64,000 nucleotides of DNA from Pseudomonadota bacterium (GCA_023416515.1 JAEZHP010000030.1:2999-66998); one strand, 5' to 3'; counted from the first letter of the stretch, positions 49,493 through 60,926 are shown. A program made the numbers and translations. The notes: a model not told the origin generated them from the letters alone.

Positions 49493-50130
49493 TGCTCCTC
49501 GTCGCGCGTGAGTTGAGGCTGGCCGCCGGCGGCGGCGCCGCGACCTTGCCGCTGATCTTCTTCCTTCTGGTCGCCACCCTGTTCCCGTTCGCCGTGGGGC
49601 CCGACGGGCCGCTGCTCGCTCGGACCGGCGGCGGCGCCCTGTGGATGGCGGCGTTGCTCGCGGCGCTGCTGCCGGTCGACCGCCTCGTCGAGCCCGACCT
49701 CGCCAGCGGCACGCTCGACCAGTTCGCGCTTCGCGGCATCAGCGAGGAGATGATCGCGCTGGCCAAGCTGATCGGTCACTGGCTGAGCTTCGGCCCCCTT
49801 CTCATGCTCGCCGCCTTCCCCGCGGCGGCTCTGATGGGCCTGCCCGAACAAGTGCTTTGGCGCCTGGAGCTCGGCCTTCTCGTCGGGACGCCAGGCCTTG
49901 CCGCCCTCACTCTGGGGGTGGCGGCGATCACCGCGAGTCTCCGCCGAAGCGGTGCTCTTGCCGGCCTGCTCATGCTCCCGCTCGCGGTGCCTCTGCTGAT
50001 CTTCGGCGCAGGCCTGGTCGAGCGCGGCAACGAGAATGGCGCGCTTCAGCTCCTCGCCGCCGCGTCCCTGCTCCTCGTCGCCGGCGCGCCGTTCGCCGCC
50101 GGCGCAGCGATCAGGGCCGGGCGGGAGTAG
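49489..50130 (+). CDS. ccmB: Heme exporter permease
   Basis: LFPFAVGP, D.ASGTLDQ, AK..GHW, LPLAVPLLIFG. Confidence 0.92.
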   Translation: MMLLVARELRLAAGGGAATLPLIFFLLVATLFPFAVGPDGPLLARTGGGALWMAALLAALLPVDRLVEPDLASGTLDQFALRGISEEMIALAKLIGHWLSFGPLLMLAAFPAAALMGLPEQVLWRLELGLLVGTPGLAALTLGVAAITASLRRSGALAGLLMLPLAVPLLIFGAGLVERGNENGALQLLAAASLLLVAGAPFAAGAAIRAGRE

Positions 50131-50593
50131 TTCGGCGCGAGCACGCCTCGCGCACCTCGCCGATCCTGTCGCCGAGCCGGGCCAGGTCCCAGCGATAGAC
50201 CCTGTCCGTCGTGCCCTCGGGCCCGGTGAAATAGATGTTGCGGCCGGCGATCATCGCTCGGACCAGCCGACCCTCGCCTTCCTCATCGACGGCCAGGCGC
50301 CATTTGTCGCCGCCGAGCCAGGTCAGCGGCAGCCGCGCCGGCGCGCCATCGTCGACCTTGAACGAGCCGAAGGAGGGCCCCGGCTGGCCCGCCGGCGCAT
50401 GCACGAGCTCCAGCCAGAACCAGCTGCGGCGCGCTCCGCAGAACAGGTTGAGCAGAGGCCGCCGTCCGTCGATCGAATCTTCCGACTGCAGGGTCACCGT
50501 GAAGGCGTCGTCGTCCGCCTGGCCGTTGGCCTGGGGCTGCTCGCCGGAACAGGACAGCAAAGCTCCAGCCAGTGCCAGAGCGGCGAGCCTCAC
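50111..50593 (-). CDS. Putative lipoprotein
   Basis: GTG start, VRLAALALAGALLSC lipobox-like signal; overlaps upstream stop. Confidence 0.65.
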   Translation of the reverse strand: MRLAALALAGALLSCSGEQPQANGQADDDAFTVTLQSEDSIDGRRPLLNLFCGARRSWFWLELVHAPAGQPGPSFGSFKVDDGAPARLPLTWLGGDKWRLAVDEEGEGRLVRAMIAGRNIYFTGPEGTTDRVYRWDLARLGDRIGEVREACSRRTTPARP

Positions 50594-51459
50594 CCGTCGC
50601 GGCTCCACCGCGCGAAGATCGCCGTTGGAAGGAGCAGTCCGCGCGCTTCCTCGCGCACCGCCATGTCGCCGCACTCGACCCTGCCGCCGAGGTCGCCGAG
50701 CGCCTGGTTGAGTAGCTCGCCGATCGCCAACGCCGACATGCGCACCGCATAGACAGTGAGCACGAGGAATCGGCTGTCCGTGTCGAGAAGCTTGCGGCAA
50801 TCGGCGATGAGGCCCGGCAGGCCCTCTTCCAGCCGCCACACCTCGCCGGTCGGCCCGCGGCCGAACTTGGGCGGGTCGAGGATGATCCCGTCATAGCGCC
50901 GCCCGCGGCGAACCTCGCGCGCGGTGAACTTGGCGGCGTCGTCGATCATCCAGCGGATTGGCCGATCGGTCATGCCGCTCAATGCCGCATTGGCCTTGCC
51001 CGCCTCGACCGACTTCTTCGACGCGTCGACATGGGTGAGCCGGGCCCCGGTCGCGGACATCGCAAGCGTTCCGACGCCGGTATAGCCGAACAGGTTCATG
51101 GCCTCGCTGCCCTCGCCGAGCCGCTGGCGCATCCACGCCCATTGCGGCGCCATGTCCGGGAAGAAGGCGAGGTGGCGGAACGGCGTCGCCTGGGCTCGGA
51201 AGCGCACTTCCTCCCAATTCAGCTCCCAACCCTCGCGCGGAACCGGCCGTGCGAACTGCCAGCGCCCGCCGCCGTCCTCGTCGCTGCCCGGGATGAACTC
51301 GCCGTCGGCGTCCCACTCGGCCGAAGCGGGAGCCCACATCGCCTGAGGCTCCGGGCGGATGAAACGATAGGGGCCGTAGCGCTCCAGCTTGCGGCCATGG
51401 CCGGAGTCGACCAGGCCGTAATCGGCCCAGGGCTCCGCGATCAGGGTGTCGAGCTTCAC
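50590..51459 (-). CDS. Class I SAM-dependent (RlmI/RlmK-like) methyltransferase
   Basis: DSGHGRKLERYG, NLFGYTG, HVDASK, ILDPPKFGRG. Confidence 0.88.
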   Translation of the reverse strand: MKLDTLIAEPWADYGLVDSGHGRKLERYGPYRFIRPEPQAMWAPASAEWDADGEFIPGSDEDGGGRWQFARPVPREGWELNWEEVRFRAQATPFRHLAFFPDMAPQWAWMRQRLGEGSEAMNLFGYTGVGTLAMSATGARLTHVDASKKSVEAGKANAALSGMTDRPIRWMIDDAAKFTAREVRRGRRYDGIILDPPKFGRGPTGEVWRLEEGLPGLIADCRKLLDTDSRFLVLTVYAVRMSALAIGELLNQALGDLGGRVECGDMAVREEARGLLLPTAIFARWSRDG

Positions 51460-52682
51460 GCCGCGCGGACCGCCGGGACTCCGATCGTCGCTCGCGCCTT
51501 CGGCCCAGCAAGCATGCGCGCGCCCGCCGCCCGCACCTGGTCGAGAGTCACAGCGTCGATCTCGGCGACCGTTTCGGAGGGTTCGCGGAGATCGCCATAG
51601 GTCGACAGCGTCCTCGCCACGTAATTGGCCTGGCCCCAACTGCTCTCCAGGCTGAGCAATAGCCCCGCCTTCGCCTGGGCCTTGGCGCGCTCGAGCTCGC
51701 GCTCGCTGAGGTCGCTCGCGGCGCGGGCGAGCACGTCGAGAATGAGGTCCGACGCGGCCGCCGCCTGGCGCCGCGATGTCGCCGCATAAGCGTAGAAAAT
51801 CCCGCTATCGCGATAGGGCGTCAGCGAGGCCCACACTGAATAAGCAAGCCCCCGCTCCTCGCGAACCGCCTGGAACAGCCGGCACGACGCCCCGCTTCCG
51901 ACGACGTCGGCGAACAGGCGCGAAGCATAATAATCGGGATGCGGGTGGCACGGAGCGGCGAAGGCCGCGGTGAGGTGCGCCTGGTCCGCGCGCGCCCGGC
52001 TCGCCCGCACTCCGCCGCCGAAATGGGCGGCCTCGGCATGGTCGATCAGGCCCGCCGGCAACGCTCCGAACCGTACGGCGGCAAGCTCGACAAGCCGCTC
52101 GTGATCGACCTTGCCGGCGGCGACCAGGGTCACGCTTCCGGCGCGATATTGCGACGTCCGCCAGCCATGGAGGTCGTCGACGGTGATCGCGGCGATGCTT
52201 CCTTCGTCGCCGAGCACCGAGCGGCCGAGCGGCTGGTCGGGATAGGCCGCGGTCCACAGCTCGTCGAAGATGATGTCCGACGGCGTGTCGCGCGCCTCGC
52301 CCAGCTCCTGGAGAACCACCTCCTTCTCGCGCGCGAGGTCGTCGGCGGCGAAATGGGGATGGAGGATCATGTCCGAGAGAAGCTCGATTCCGAGCGGCAG
52401 GTGCTCGGCGAGAAGGGTCGCGCTGAAGCTCGTCCCTTCGCGGTCGGTGGCGGCATTGAGGTCGCCGCCGACATCCTCGATCGCCTCGCTGATCTCGCGC
52501 GCGGTTCGCCCGCCCGCGCCCTTGAACACCATATGCTCGTAGAGATGGGCGATTCCGTTGAGCGCGGCCGGCTCGTGCCGCGACCCCGCTTCGGCATAGA
52601 GGCCGACCGCGACGGTCTCGAAGCCGGGCATCGCTCGGCTGGCGACGCGAAGGCCGTTGGGCAGGGTGGTGAGCTTCATCAT
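51456..52682 (-). CDS. M16 family (pitrilysin/MPP-like) zinc peptidase
   Basis: TLPNGLRV, HLYEHMVFKG (HxxEH), REKEVVLQE, REERGLAYSV. Confidence 0.93.
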   Translation of the reverse strand: MMKLTTLPNGLRVASRAMPGFETVAVGLYAEAGSRHEPAALNGIAHLYEHMVFKGAGGRTAREISEAIEDVGGDLNAATDREGTSFSATLLAEHLPLGIELLSDMILHPHFAADDLAREKEVVLQELGEARDTPSDIIFDELWTAAYPDQPLGRSVLGDEGSIAAITVDDLHGWRTSQYRAGSVTLVAAGKVDHERLVELAAVRFGALPAGLIDHAEAAHFGGGVRASRARADQAHLTAAFAAPCHPHPDYYASRLFADVVGSGASCRLFQAVREERGLAYSVWASLTPYRDSGIFYAYAATSRRQAAAASDLILDVLARAASDLSERELERAKAQAKAGLLLSLESSWGQANYVARTLSTYGDLREPSETVAEIDAVTLDQVRAAGARMLAGPKARATIGVPAVRAA

Positions 52683-52695
52683 GGAGGCGCGGAAC

Positions 52696-53472
52696 TTAAG
52701 AGTTCGGGGCGCCGCCCGCAACCGAGCGGCGGCGACCCCGCTTCGGGCCGAGCACGAGCCGCGCTGCCGATCCCCCGCCGCGCCGCCCGCTGAACAACAG
52801 GCCGCCGTCGAGATAGGAAGGATCGCCCATCTCGGCGACGAAGCGCCGCGCCCAATCCGCGCTGACCGAGTCGGTCTGGCGGTCAAGCTCCACCTCGGAA
52901 AGGTCGGCGCTGACTCCGGAGAGGCCGAGCAGCCCCGCGATGGCATCGATCGACCTCTGCGGGTCTTCGGCGACCTCCTCGTAGACCAGGCGAAGCGGCC
53001 GGATGCCGTTGCGGGCGAAATAGCATTCCCAGCGCGCCTGGCCGTGGGCGAGGCGGGTCAGCCGGTCGGCGATGAGCCGCCCGCCGTAACGCGGCTCGCC
53101 GCCGGCCCGAACGGTCGATTTGTACTGGCCAGTCTGCTGGGCTCGGACCAGCGAGATCGCCTGGGCGAGGAGGTCGTTGCGGCGCAGGTGGATGAAATGG
53201 AGGCCCGGGAGCCGCTCCGCCCACCTCGTCCGCTCCGCCAGGTCGAAATGGGGCGAGAAGACCTTGAACCCGTAGATGCCGTTGTCGCTGCTCGCCTTGT
53301 CGAGCTTGTCGGCGAGCACCGCCGGGTCGCGGAGCATTTGCTCGACCACATCCGGCCGAGCGAACAATTCCCAGGGATTGCCGAGTTTGCCTGTCGACTT
53401 GAGCAGGCGGGCGAGAAAGGTGCTTCCCGACCGAGCCTCGCCGCAGATCACATAGCCCTTGCGGGGACTCAC
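52696..53472 (-). CDS. Stf0-family sulfotransferase
   Basis: YVICGEARSGST, TGKLGNPWE.F, NGIYGFK, FIHLRRNDLLAQAISLVRAQQTG, YEE; GTGA overlap with surf1. Confidence 0.88.
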   Translation of the reverse strand: MSPRKGYVICGEARSGSTFLARLLKSTGKLGNPWELFARPDVVEQMLRDPAVLADKLDKASSDNGIYGFKVFSPHFDLAERTRWAERLPGLHFIHLRRNDLLAQAISLVRAQQTGQYKSTVRAGGEPRYGGRLIADRLTRLAHGQARWECYFARNGIRPLRLVYEEVAEDPQRSIDAIAGLLGLSGVSADLSEVELDRQTDSVSADWARRFVAEMGDPSYLDGGLLFSGRRGGGSAARLVLGPKRGRRRSVAGGAPNS

Positions 53473-54080
53473 GCCGCTCCCCCCGGCTTCCTCCGCCGAA
53501 GCGCGAGCACGTAGATCACTGCGGCGGCAAGCGCGAAGAAGAACCATTGGACGGCATAAGCGAGGTGGTTGTTCGGGATGTCCTCGACCCGCGGCGGAGC
53601 GCTGGTCTCGAGCCCGGGCGCGGCCTGGGCGGCAGTGAGGATGATCGGGTGGCCCGGCTCGGTCGTCCCGACCACCCCCGCGACCGTCGCCGGAAGGGTC
53701 AGCCGGCGCGCCGCATCCGGTCGCTGCGACCAGCCGGAATTGACCTGGAGCCGCCCCGCCCATCCCGGCTCGCCCGGCCGGCACGGCACGTAGAAAGCAT
53801 AGCCGCTCGCTCCGGCGAGGCTTCGGCCGGCGCGGGCGCTGACCTCGACGTCGCGCGCTCTGCAGCTCACCAGCGCTCGGCGGAAGGCGATCGGCCGTTC
53901 CGGCATATCCGTCCCGAGCAAGGGATCGAGATCGATCGCGGGCTGGCTCTGCGCGGCGGCGAGCTCGACGAGCATCCGCTCCTTCCACTGCGCACGCTGA
54001 AGCTGCCACACGCCGAGGGCGATCATCACCGCTACCGCGGCCGCGACGAGGATCGTCGGAACGATCGGAAGCCGCCTCAC
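53469..54080 (-). CDS. surf1: SURF1/Shy1 oxidase assembly protein
   Basis: LGVWQLQRAQWK, VNSGW, NNHLAYAVQWF. Confidence 0.9.
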   Translation of the reverse strand: MRRLPIVPTILVAAAVAVMIALGVWQLQRAQWKERMLVELAAAQSQPAIDLDPLLGTDMPERPIAFRRALVSCRARDVEVSARAGRSLAGASGYAFYVPCRPGEPGWAGRLQVNSGWSQRPDAARRLTLPATVAGVVGTTEPGHPIILTAAQAAPGLETSAPPRVEDIPNNHLAYAVQWFFFALAAAVIYVLALRRRKPGGAA

Positions 54081-54472
54081 CGCCTATCCCCGTGCCGGGC
54101 CTCGGCGGCCCCGCGGCGATATTCGAGGATAAGCAGAAGCGCCTTGGCGATGCGAAGGCTTCCGATCACTGCGGCGGTGCCGATGGGCACCCACAGAAGC
54201 AGGTGAACCCAGAAAGGGGGCTCGGCGGCAAGCTCGAGCCACACCGCGAGAGCAGTGAGCAGCGCGCCCACTCCCAGGGTGAGGAAGGCCGCCGGCCCGT
54301 CGCCGACGTTGAAGGCGGAGAAATCGAGACCGCAGGCCTGGCAATGGGGTGCGAAGCGCACCGGCCCGGCGAACAAGGTCTTGTTGTCGCAGCGCGGGCA
54401 CAGGCCGCGGAGCGCCGCCTGGAACGCTCCACTCCCGCTTGCGGGAGGGGTCGGGGGTGGGGTCACGGGCAT
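54077..54472 (-). CDS. DUF983 family protein
   Basis: GLCPRC..LF..CQACGLD..GDGPA..PPFWVH. Confidence 0.85.
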   Translation of the reverse strand: MPVTPPPTPPASGSGAFQAALRGLCPRCDNKTLFAGPVRFAPHCQACGLDFSAFNVGDGPAAFLTLGVGALLTALAVWLELAAEPPFWVHLLLWVPIGTAAVIGSLRIAKALLLILEYRRGAAEARHGDRR

Positions 54473-54530
54473 CGCGCGCGGCGGCTCCTGAAGGCCCACC
54501 CCTTGATCCCCTCCCGCAAGCGGGAGGGGA
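54432..54530. repeat. REP-like inverted pair of CCCCTCCCGCTTGCGGGAGGGG-type hairpins
   Basis: 54432-54450 is the exact reverse complement of 54508-54526; each arm is itself a hairpin. Confidence 0.8.
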
Positions 54531-54539
54531 GATTTGAGA

Positions 54540-55364
54540 TCAATGATATTGGGCGCCCCAACCGCCCCACACGTAGATGCACAGGAAGAGGAACAGCCAC
54601 ACCACGTCGACGAAGTGCCAGTACCAGGCGGCAGCCTCGAAGCCGAAATGCTGCCGGGGCGTGAAGTGGCCCTTATGCGCACGGATCGCGCAGATGATCA
54701 GGAAGATCGTCCCGACGATGACGTGGAAGCCGTGGAAGCCGGTCGCCATGAAGAAGACCGACGTATAGACGTTGTCGCCGAAGCCGAACGGCGCGTGCAT
54801 ATATTCGTAGGCCTGGACTCCGGTGAAGACGAGGCCAAGGCCGACGGTCAGCCAAAGGCCCTGGATCAGCCCCTTGCGGTCGCCGTGGATGAGCGCGTGG
54901 TGGGCCCAGGTCACGGTCGTTCCCGAGCAGAGCAGGATCATCGTGTTGAGCAGCGGCCAAGTGAACGGATCGAGGACGTGCATGCCCTCGGGCGGCCACA
55001 CTCCGCCGACGCTCTCCACCGCGGACGGGAACAGGGACGCGTTGAAATAGGCCCAGAACCAGGCGACGAAGAACATCACCTCGGAGGCGATGAACAGGAT
55101 CATTCCGTAGCGCAGGTGGAGCTGGACGATCGGGGTATGGTCGCCGCGATGGGCCTCGCGGACGACGTCCACCCACCAGCTGAACATCGTGAACAGGACG
55201 CCGATCACTCCGGCGCCGAACACCCAGGGGCCGCCGGTGCCGAAATGGTCCGGGTGGAACCACATGACGAGGCCGAGGAACAGCACTCCGGCGCTGATCG
55301 ATCCGATCAGCGGCCACAGGCTCGGCTCGAGGATGTGATACTGGTGGTTCTTGGCTCCAGCCAT
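54540..55364 (-). CDS. coxC: Cytochrome c oxidase subunit III
   Basis: [42 protein letters not shown]. Confidence 0.97.
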   Translation of the reverse strand: MAGAKNHQYHILEPSLWPLIGSISAGVLFLGLVMWFHPDHFGTGGPWVFGAGVIGVLFTMFSWWVDVVREAHRGDHTPIVQLHLRYGMILFIASEVMFFVAWFWAYFNASLFPSAVESVGGVWPPEGMHVLDPFTWPLLNTMILLCSGTTVTWAHHALIHGDRKGLIQGLWLTVGLGLVFTGVQAYEYMHAPFGFGDNVYTSVFFMATGFHGFHVIVGTIFLIICAIRAHKGHFTPRQHFGFEAAAWYWHFVDVVWLFLFLCIYVWGGWGAQYH

Positions 55365-55414
55365 GCGTTTCGTCCCTGTCGATCGTTCCGGCTCGCGCCG
55401 TCTTTGGGTTGCCT

Positions 55415-55993
55415 CTAGCTTCCGCTTTGCGGCTGCTCAACCGGATAAAAGGTGTAGGAAAGCGTGATCTCGGTGATGTCCCTCGCGTCGGGATCGTCGA
55501 GGATCGCCGGATCGACGTAGAAGATCACCGGCATCTGCACTTCCTGCCCCGCCTGGAGCGTCTGCTCGGTGAAGCAGAAGCACTGGATCTTGTTGAAATA
55601 TTTGCCGGCCTGGACCGGAGTGACGTTGAACGTCGCGGTGCCGGTCAGCGCGTGGGTGGACATGTTGCGGGCGCGGTAGAGCGCCATGTTGCGCTGGCCG
55701 ATCGGAACGGTGCGGTGGGTCTGCACCGGCTGGAAGCGCCACTGGAGGTTGCGGTCGGTGTTGGCGTCGAAGCGGATGCTGACCGACTGACCGGGCACCG
55801 GCCGCACCTGCGCGGCGACCGCCTCGTCCACCTTCATCGTGGTGCCGGCGAAGCCCGTCACCTGGCAGAAGATCCGGTAGAGCGGCACGCTCGCGAATGC
55901 GAGGCCGACCATCGCCACAACGATCAGTGCGGCGATTGCGGCGGTCCGGCCGTTCTTGCGCGCGAGCCGCTGCTTTTCGGCGAGGCTCGTCAT
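55415..55993 (-). CDS. ctaG: Cytochrome c oxidase assembly protein CtaG/Cox11
   Basis: [38 protein letters not shown]. Confidence 0.96.
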   Translation of the reverse strand: MTSLAEKQRLARKNGRTAAIAALIVVAMVGLAFASVPLYRIFCQVTGFAGTTMKVDEAVAAQVRPVPGQSVSIRFDANTDRNLQWRFQPVQTHRTVPIGQRNMALYRARNMSTHALTGTATFNVTPVQAGKYFNKIQCFCFTEQTLQAGQEVQMPVIFYVDPAILDDPDARDITEITLSYTFYPVEQPQSGS

Positions 55994-56118
55994 TGCGCGC
56001 CCATCCGGGCGATGGTGATGAAGTAGAGAAGGATCACGAAGGCTGCGAGGGCGCCCCCCATCACCATCGATCGGGCGCGCTGGCGGCGGCGGACTTCTTT
56101 GTGGTCGAGGTCGGTCAT
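55990..56118 (-). CDS. Small single-TM cox-cluster protein (CoxF-like)
   Basis: [46 protein letters not shown] overlaps on both sides. Confidence 0.78.
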   Translation of the reverse strand: MTDLDHKEVRRRQRARSMVMGGALAAFVILLYFITIARMGAQ

Positions 56119-57020
56119 GCGAGCAACATGCGGTCGGCGACGAGCGCGCCGAACAGCACGAAAAGATAGAGGACGGAATATTTGAACAAGGTCTTCTCCG
56201 GCCTCATTGCCGCCGGATCCTCGGATCGGTTGCGAAGCACCGGCCAGGCGAGAGCGATGAAGACCAGCGACAGGACCGAGGCGACAATTCCGTAGATCGC
56301 TCCGGTCTCGCCGAGCGGCCACGGGGCGACCGCCACCGCGGCCATGATGATCGTGTAGATGAACACCTGCTGCCGGGTGACCCGGAAACCGTGGGTCACC
56401 GGAAGCATCGGCACTCCGGCCTTCGCATAGTCGGTCCGCACGAACAGCGACAGCGCCCAGAAATGCGGCGGCGTCCAGGCGAACACCAGGGCAAAGAGAA
56501 GCACCGGCAGAAGCGCGACGTCGCCGGTCACCGCCGCCCAGCCGATCACCGGCGGGAAGGCGCCGGCCGCCCCGCCGATGACGATGTTCTGGGGAGTCCG
56601 CGGCTTCAGCCACATCGTGTAGATGACGACATAATAGAGGATCGACACGGTCAGCACCGCGGCCGCAAGCCAGTTGGTCGCGAGCCCCATCAGGAGCACT
56701 GAGAAAACCGACAGCGCGACCCCGAAGAACAGCGCCGAATCGCGGTCCATCCGGCCCGCCGGAAGCGGCCGCTTGGCGGTGCGCTTCATCTTGGCGTCCA
56801 GTTCCGCCTCATACCATTGGTTGAGCGCGCCGGCGGCGCCCGCGCCCAGGGCGATGCACAGGACTGCGGTGAAGGCGAGAACGGGGTGAAGAGTGCCCGG
56901 CGCCGCGAGCAGCCCGCACGCGCCCGTGAAGACGACGAGAGTCATCACCCGCGGCTTGGTCAGCGCGATGAAATCGCGCCATTCGGCGGGAAGGGTCGGT
57001 GAGCGGTCGGCGGCGATCAT
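56115..57020 (-). CDS. ctaB: Protoheme IX farnesyltransferase (heme O synthase)
   Basis: [51 protein letters not shown]. Confidence 0.96.
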   Translation of the reverse strand: MIAADRSPTLPAEWRDFIALTKPRVMTLVVFTGACGLLAAPGTLHPVLAFTAVLCIALGAGAAGALNQWYEAELDAKMKRTAKRPLPAGRMDRDSALFFGVALSVFSVLLMGLATNWLAAAVLTVSILYYVVIYTMWLKPRTPQNIVIGGAAGAFPPVIGWAAVTGDVALLPVLLFALVFAWTPPHFWALSLFVRTDYAKAGVPMLPVTHGFRVTRQQVFIYTIIMAAVAVAPWPLGETGAIYGIVASVLSLVFIALAWPVLRNRSEDPAAMRPEKTLFKYSVLYLFVLFGALVADRMLLA

Positions 57021-57125
57021 GATTGGCCCAGCCCTATAGGCCGGACTCCCCCTGGGGAGAAGGGCCATTTGCCCGCTACCGCATTGGTCCGGGCCGGAAA
57101 CTGCCGGTGGCAGCTCAACCCTTCC

Positions 57126-57176
57126 CGCTCGTCCTGAGCGAAGTCGAAGGGCGTTTTCGAAGGCTCAGGGCGAGCG
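57126..57176. repeat. REP-like palindrome
   Basis: CGCTCGTCCTGAGC..GCTCAGGGCGAGCG with inner TCGAA/TTCGA. Confidence 0.75.
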
Positions 57177-57209
57177 AGGATTGGGTGCCCTGCATTCATG
57201 CATTCCCCA

Positions 57210-57252
57210 GAAACGGAAGCGCCCGGAGTTTGCCCCGGGCGCTTCGCGTTTC
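57210..57252 (-). terminator. Hairpin downstream of coxA
   Basis: GAAGCGCCCGG-N8-CCGGGCGCTTC stem. Confidence 0.6.
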
Positions 57253-57269
57253 AGCCTGAGCGGCCTGCC

Positions 57270-58973
57270 TTAATGATGCTTGGTGTCCTCGATCACCGGC
57301 AGGGTCTCGAACTGGTGGTACGGCGGCGGGCTGGACAGCGTCCATTCCAGCGTCGTGGCGCCTTCGCCCCAAGGATTGGCCGGCGCCTTCTTCCCGGCAA
57401 CGAAGGTGTAGATGATGTTGAGGAAGAAGAAGATCATGCCGAAGGCCATGATCATGTAGCCGGTGGTGGCGAGCTCGTTCCACGGCTGGAAGGCCGGGGT
57501 GTAGTCCGGATAGCGCCGAGCCATTCCGTCCAGCCCGAGGAAGTGCATCGGGAAGAACAGGATGTTCACGCCCACGAAGAAGATCCAGAAGTGGAGCTGG
57601 CCGAGGATCTCGCTGTACATCCGGCCCGACATCTTCGGGAACCAGTAATAGAAGCCGGCGAACAGCGCGAACACCGCTCCCAGCGACAGCACATAGTGGA
57701 AGTGGGCGACGACGTAGTAGGTGTCGTGCATGTAGTTGTCGATGCCGCCGTTGGCGAGGACGACGCCGGTCACGCCGCCGACGGTGAACATGAAGATGAA
57801 GCCCAGCGCCCACATCATCGGCGTCTGGAAGGTCAGCGAGCCGCCCCACATGGTGGCGATCCAGCTGAACACCTTGATGCCGGTCGGGACCGCGATCACC
57901 ATCGTCGCCGCGGTGAAGTACATCTTCGTGTTCACGTCCATTCCGACCGTGAACATGTGGTGAGCCCACACGATGAAGCCGATCACGCCGATCGCGACCA
58001 TGGCGTAGGCCATGCCGAGATAGCCGAACACCGGCTTGCGGCTGAACGTCGCGACGATGTGGCTGATCATGCCGAAGCCCGGCAGGATCATGATGTACAC
58101 CTCGGGGTGGCCGAAGAACCAGAACAGGTGCTGGTAGAGGACCGGGTCGCCGCCGCCTTCCGCGTTGAAGAAGTCGGTTCCGAAGTTGCGGTCCGTGAGG
58201 AGCATGGTGATCGCGCCCGCGAGCACCGGCAGAGCCAGCAGAAGCAGGAAGGCGGTAACCAGCACCGACCAGGCGAACAGCGGCATCTTGTGCAGCGTCA
58301 TGCCCGGAGCGCGCATGTTGAAGATGGTCGTGATGAAGTTGATCGCGCCGAGGATCGAGCTCGCGCCCGCAAGGTGGAGCGAGAAGATCGCGAAATCGAC
58401 CGCGGGGCCCTGGCTTCCGCTCGTCGAGAGCGGCGCATAGACCGTCCAGCCGGTGCCCGCGCCGAGCCCGCTTCCACCCGGCATGAACACCGAAGCGAGG
58501 AGCAGGAGGAAGGCCGGCGGAAGCAGCCAGAAGCTGATGTTGTTCATGCGCGGGAACGCCATGTCCGGCGCTCCGATCATGATCGGAACGAACCAGTTGC
58601 CGAAGCCGCCGATCATCGCCGGCATCACCATGAAGAACACCATGATGAGGCCGTGCGCGGTGATCAGCACGTTCCAGAAGTGGTTGGCGTTGTTGAAGTC
58701 CTGCGGACCCGCGCCGACCCAGGAGGCGAAGAAGTTCGCCCAGCCCTCGAGATACTGGATTCCGGGCTCGGCGAGCTCGACCCGCATCATGCCCGAGATT
58801 CCGCCGCCGATGATCCCCGCGATGATCGCGAAGATCAGGTACAGCGTGCCGATGTCCTTGTGGTTCGTCGACATGAACCAGCGGGCGAAGAAGCCCGGCT
58901 TATGGTCGGCATGTGCATCGTGATGGTCGTGGGCCGCCTCGAAGTGAGCGGCGTTGGCCGTGGTGTCCGTCAT
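57270..58973 (-). CDS. coxA: aa3 cytochrome c oxidase subunit I
   Basis: [33 protein letters not shown]; start at MTDTT. Confidence 0.98.
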   Translation of the reverse strand: MTDTTANAAHFEAAHDHHDAHADHKPGFFARWFMSTNHKDIGTLYLIFAIIAGIIGGGISGMMRVELAEPGIQYLEGWANFFASWVGAGPQDFNNANHFWNVLITAHGLIMVFFMVMPAMIGGFGNWFVPIMIGAPDMAFPRMNNISFWLLPPAFLLLLASVFMPGGSGLGAGTGWTVYAPLSTSGSQGPAVDFAIFSLHLAGASSILGAINFITTIFNMRAPGMTLHKMPLFAWSVLVTAFLLLLALPVLAGAITMLLTDRNFGTDFFNAEGGGDPVLYQHLFWFFGHPEVYIMILPGFGMISHIVATFSRKPVFGYLGMAYAMVAIGVIGFIVWAHHMFTVGMDVNTKMYFTAATMVIAVPTGIKVFSWIATMWGGSLTFQTPMMWALGFIFMFTVGGVTGVVLANGGIDNYMHDTYYVVAHFHYVLSLGAVFALFAGFYYWFPKMSGRMYSEILGQLHFWIFFVGVNILFFPMHFLGLDGMARRYPDYTPAFQPWNELATTGYMIMAFGMIFFFLNIIYTFVAGKKAPANPWGEGATTLEWTLSSPPPYHQFETLPVIEDTKHH

Positions 58974-58983
58974 GATCTGTGCC

Positions 58984-60147
58984 TTACATGCCTTCCGGGG
59001 ACCGCTCGCGAACCGTCGCCTGGTTCGTGGTGGCCTGAACTTCGTTGGTGGGTTGGACCGGCTCGCTGCCGTTCGCCTGCTCGGCCGCCAGAGCGTTGCC
59101 GAGCGTGTTCGCCTGGGTCGAATCCGGGTTGGCGGCAGCGGTCTGCGCACCCGGCATCGTGCCGCCCTTCGAGGCGACCCATGCCTGGAACGCGGCCGGG
59201 CTCACCACCTCGACTGCGATCGGCATATAGGCGTGGCGGGCACCGCACAGCTCGTAGCACATGCCGAAATAGAGGCCCTCGCGCTCGGCTCGGAACCAGG
59301 TCTCGTTGAGACGGCCGGGGACGGCGTCCATCTTCACCCAGAAAGCGGGAACGCCGAACGCGTGGATGACGTCCGCGGAGGTGACGATGAGCTTCACCGT
59401 GGCGCCGACCGGGACCACCATCCGCTCGTCGACCGCAAGTCGCGGAGCGCCGTCGGCGTCGGTGCGGAAGCGCGAGCCGGGCTCTGCGTCGGCCTGCTCC
59501 GGAAGCATGTTCGAGGTCAGCTCGATGCCATGGTCCGGATATTCGTAGGTCCAATACCATTGGTTGCCGATCACCTTGACGGTGAGGTCGGCGTTGGGCG
59601 GCGAATATTGGTTCGCGAGCAGCCGGATCGACGGCACCGCGATGACGATCAGGATGAGGACCGGAACCAGCGTCCAGATCACCTCGACCAGGGTGTTGTG
59701 GGTCGTGCGCGACGGCACCGGATTGGCGGCGCGGCGGTAGCGCAGGATCACGTAGATCATCAGGATGAGGACGATCAGGGTGATGATCGTGATCGCCGGC
59801 ATCAGGATGTAATTGTGGAAGCCGGCGGCCTCGCGGCCGATCGGGGTGACCTGGTCCTGGAGGCCCATGCGGCCGTCGGGCTGGCCGATCGTCGGGTGCG
59901 GCAGGACGGAGCTGGAATAAGCCGGCTGGCCGGCTGGGGTCGCCTCGGCCGGAGTCGGGGACGCCGCGGCCTGCGCGTTGGCGCCGGCCTGCGGCTGGAC
60001 GGCGGAGTCGGCGGGAGCCGGTGCCGAAGTTGGAGTATCGGACGCCTGCGCGGCGGGCGCGCTCTGGGCCGGCGCCTGCTGCGCCAGGGCCGCCGGGCCG
60101 AGGCCGAATGCGGCGGCGACGGCAATGAACTTAAGCCAGGTCTTCAT
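58984..60147 (-). CDS. coxB: aa3 cytochrome c oxidase subunit II
   Basis: [26 protein letters not shown]uA motif. Confidence 0.97.
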   Translation of the reverse strand: MKTWLKFIAVAAAFGLGPAALAQQAPAQSAPAAQASDTPTSAPAPADSAVQPQAGANAQAAASPTPAEATPAGQPAYSSSVLPHPTIGQPDGRMGLQDQVTPIGREAAGFHNYILMPAITIITLIVLILMIYVILRYRRAANPVPSRTTHNTLVEVIWTLVPVLILIVIAVPSIRLLANQYSPPNADLTVKVIGNQWYWTYEYPDHGIELTSNMLPEQADAEPGSRFRTDADGAPRLAVDERMVVPVGATVKLIVTSADVIHAFGVPAFWVKMDAVPGRLNETWFRAEREGLYFGMCYELCGARHAYMPIAVEVVSPAAFQAWVASKGGTMPGAQTAAANPDSTQANTLGNALAAEQANGSEPVQPTNEVQATTNQATVRERSPEGM

Positions 60148-60332
60148 CTAAGCCCCTCGAGACCGCCCGGACGGACGGTAGGTGGTTGCGCCGGGTCGCG
60201 CATTCGCGCGGCCTTATAGGCAGCCCGTCGGCGCGTCTCAAGCATGTTCAGCCCGCTTTCATATGCCTTGATGCGGCGCGTGCCGCGGCCATATCGGGGC
60301 CGCAGTTTGAAGGCTAGAGGGGGACCGAGAGG

Positions 60333-60926
60333 ATGATGCGGATGACGAGCGACGAGGTGCTTGGCGAGTTTCGTGCCGCCGGCGCGTTGATGGAGGGGCA
60401 TTTCATCCTCTCCTCGGGCCTTCGCTCGCCCTTGTTCATCCAGAAAATGCGGGTGTTCGAGGATCCGGCGCGCACCGAGACCCTGTGCCGAGCGCTCGCC
60501 GACGTCATCCGCGACCGCTTCGGCGAGGTCGACCTCGTCGTCTCTCCGGCGATGGGCGGGATCATCCCCGGCTACGAGACCGCGCGTGCGCTCGGCTGCC
60601 GCGCCGTCTTCGTCGAGCGGGTCGACGGCGAGTTCCAGCTTCGCCGCGGCTTCGAGATCAAGCCCGGCGAGCGGGTCGTCATCGTCGAGGACATCGTCAC
60701 CACCGGCCTCTCCTCGCGCGAATGCATCGAAGCGGTGCGCAAGCATCCCGGCACCCTGGTCGGCGAAGGCTGTCTCATCGACCGCTCGGGCGGCAAAGCC
60801 GATCTCGGCCTCCCGCTCGTCAGCCTGTGCACTCTCGACATCCCGGCTTATGCCGAGGACTCGCTTCCGCCCGAGCTCGCCGCGATCCCCGCGATCAAGC
60901 CCGGCAGCCGCGGCCTCGCCGCCTGA
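60333..60926 (+). CDS. pyrE: Orotate phosphoribosyltransferase
   Basis: [25 protein letters not shown] motif, KPGSR. Confidence 0.94.
   Translation: MMRMTSDEVLGEFRAAGALMEGHFILSSGLRSPLFIQKMRVFEDPARTETLCRALADVIRDRFGEVDLVVSPAMGGIIPGYETARALGCRAVFVERVDGEFQLRRGFEIKPGERVVIVEDIVTTGLSSRECIEAVRKHPGTLVGEGCLIDRSGGKADLGLPLVSLCTLDIPAYAEDSLPPELAAIPAIKPGSRGLAA

Noticed and set aside
48914..50130. ccmAB without ccmC
   Set aside because: Split ccm loci are common in alphaproteobacteria
57198..60219. Long plus-strand ORFs (703 and 421 aa) opposite coxA/coxB, and similar shadows elsewhere
   Set aside because: Antisense shadow ORFs caused by high-GC codon bias
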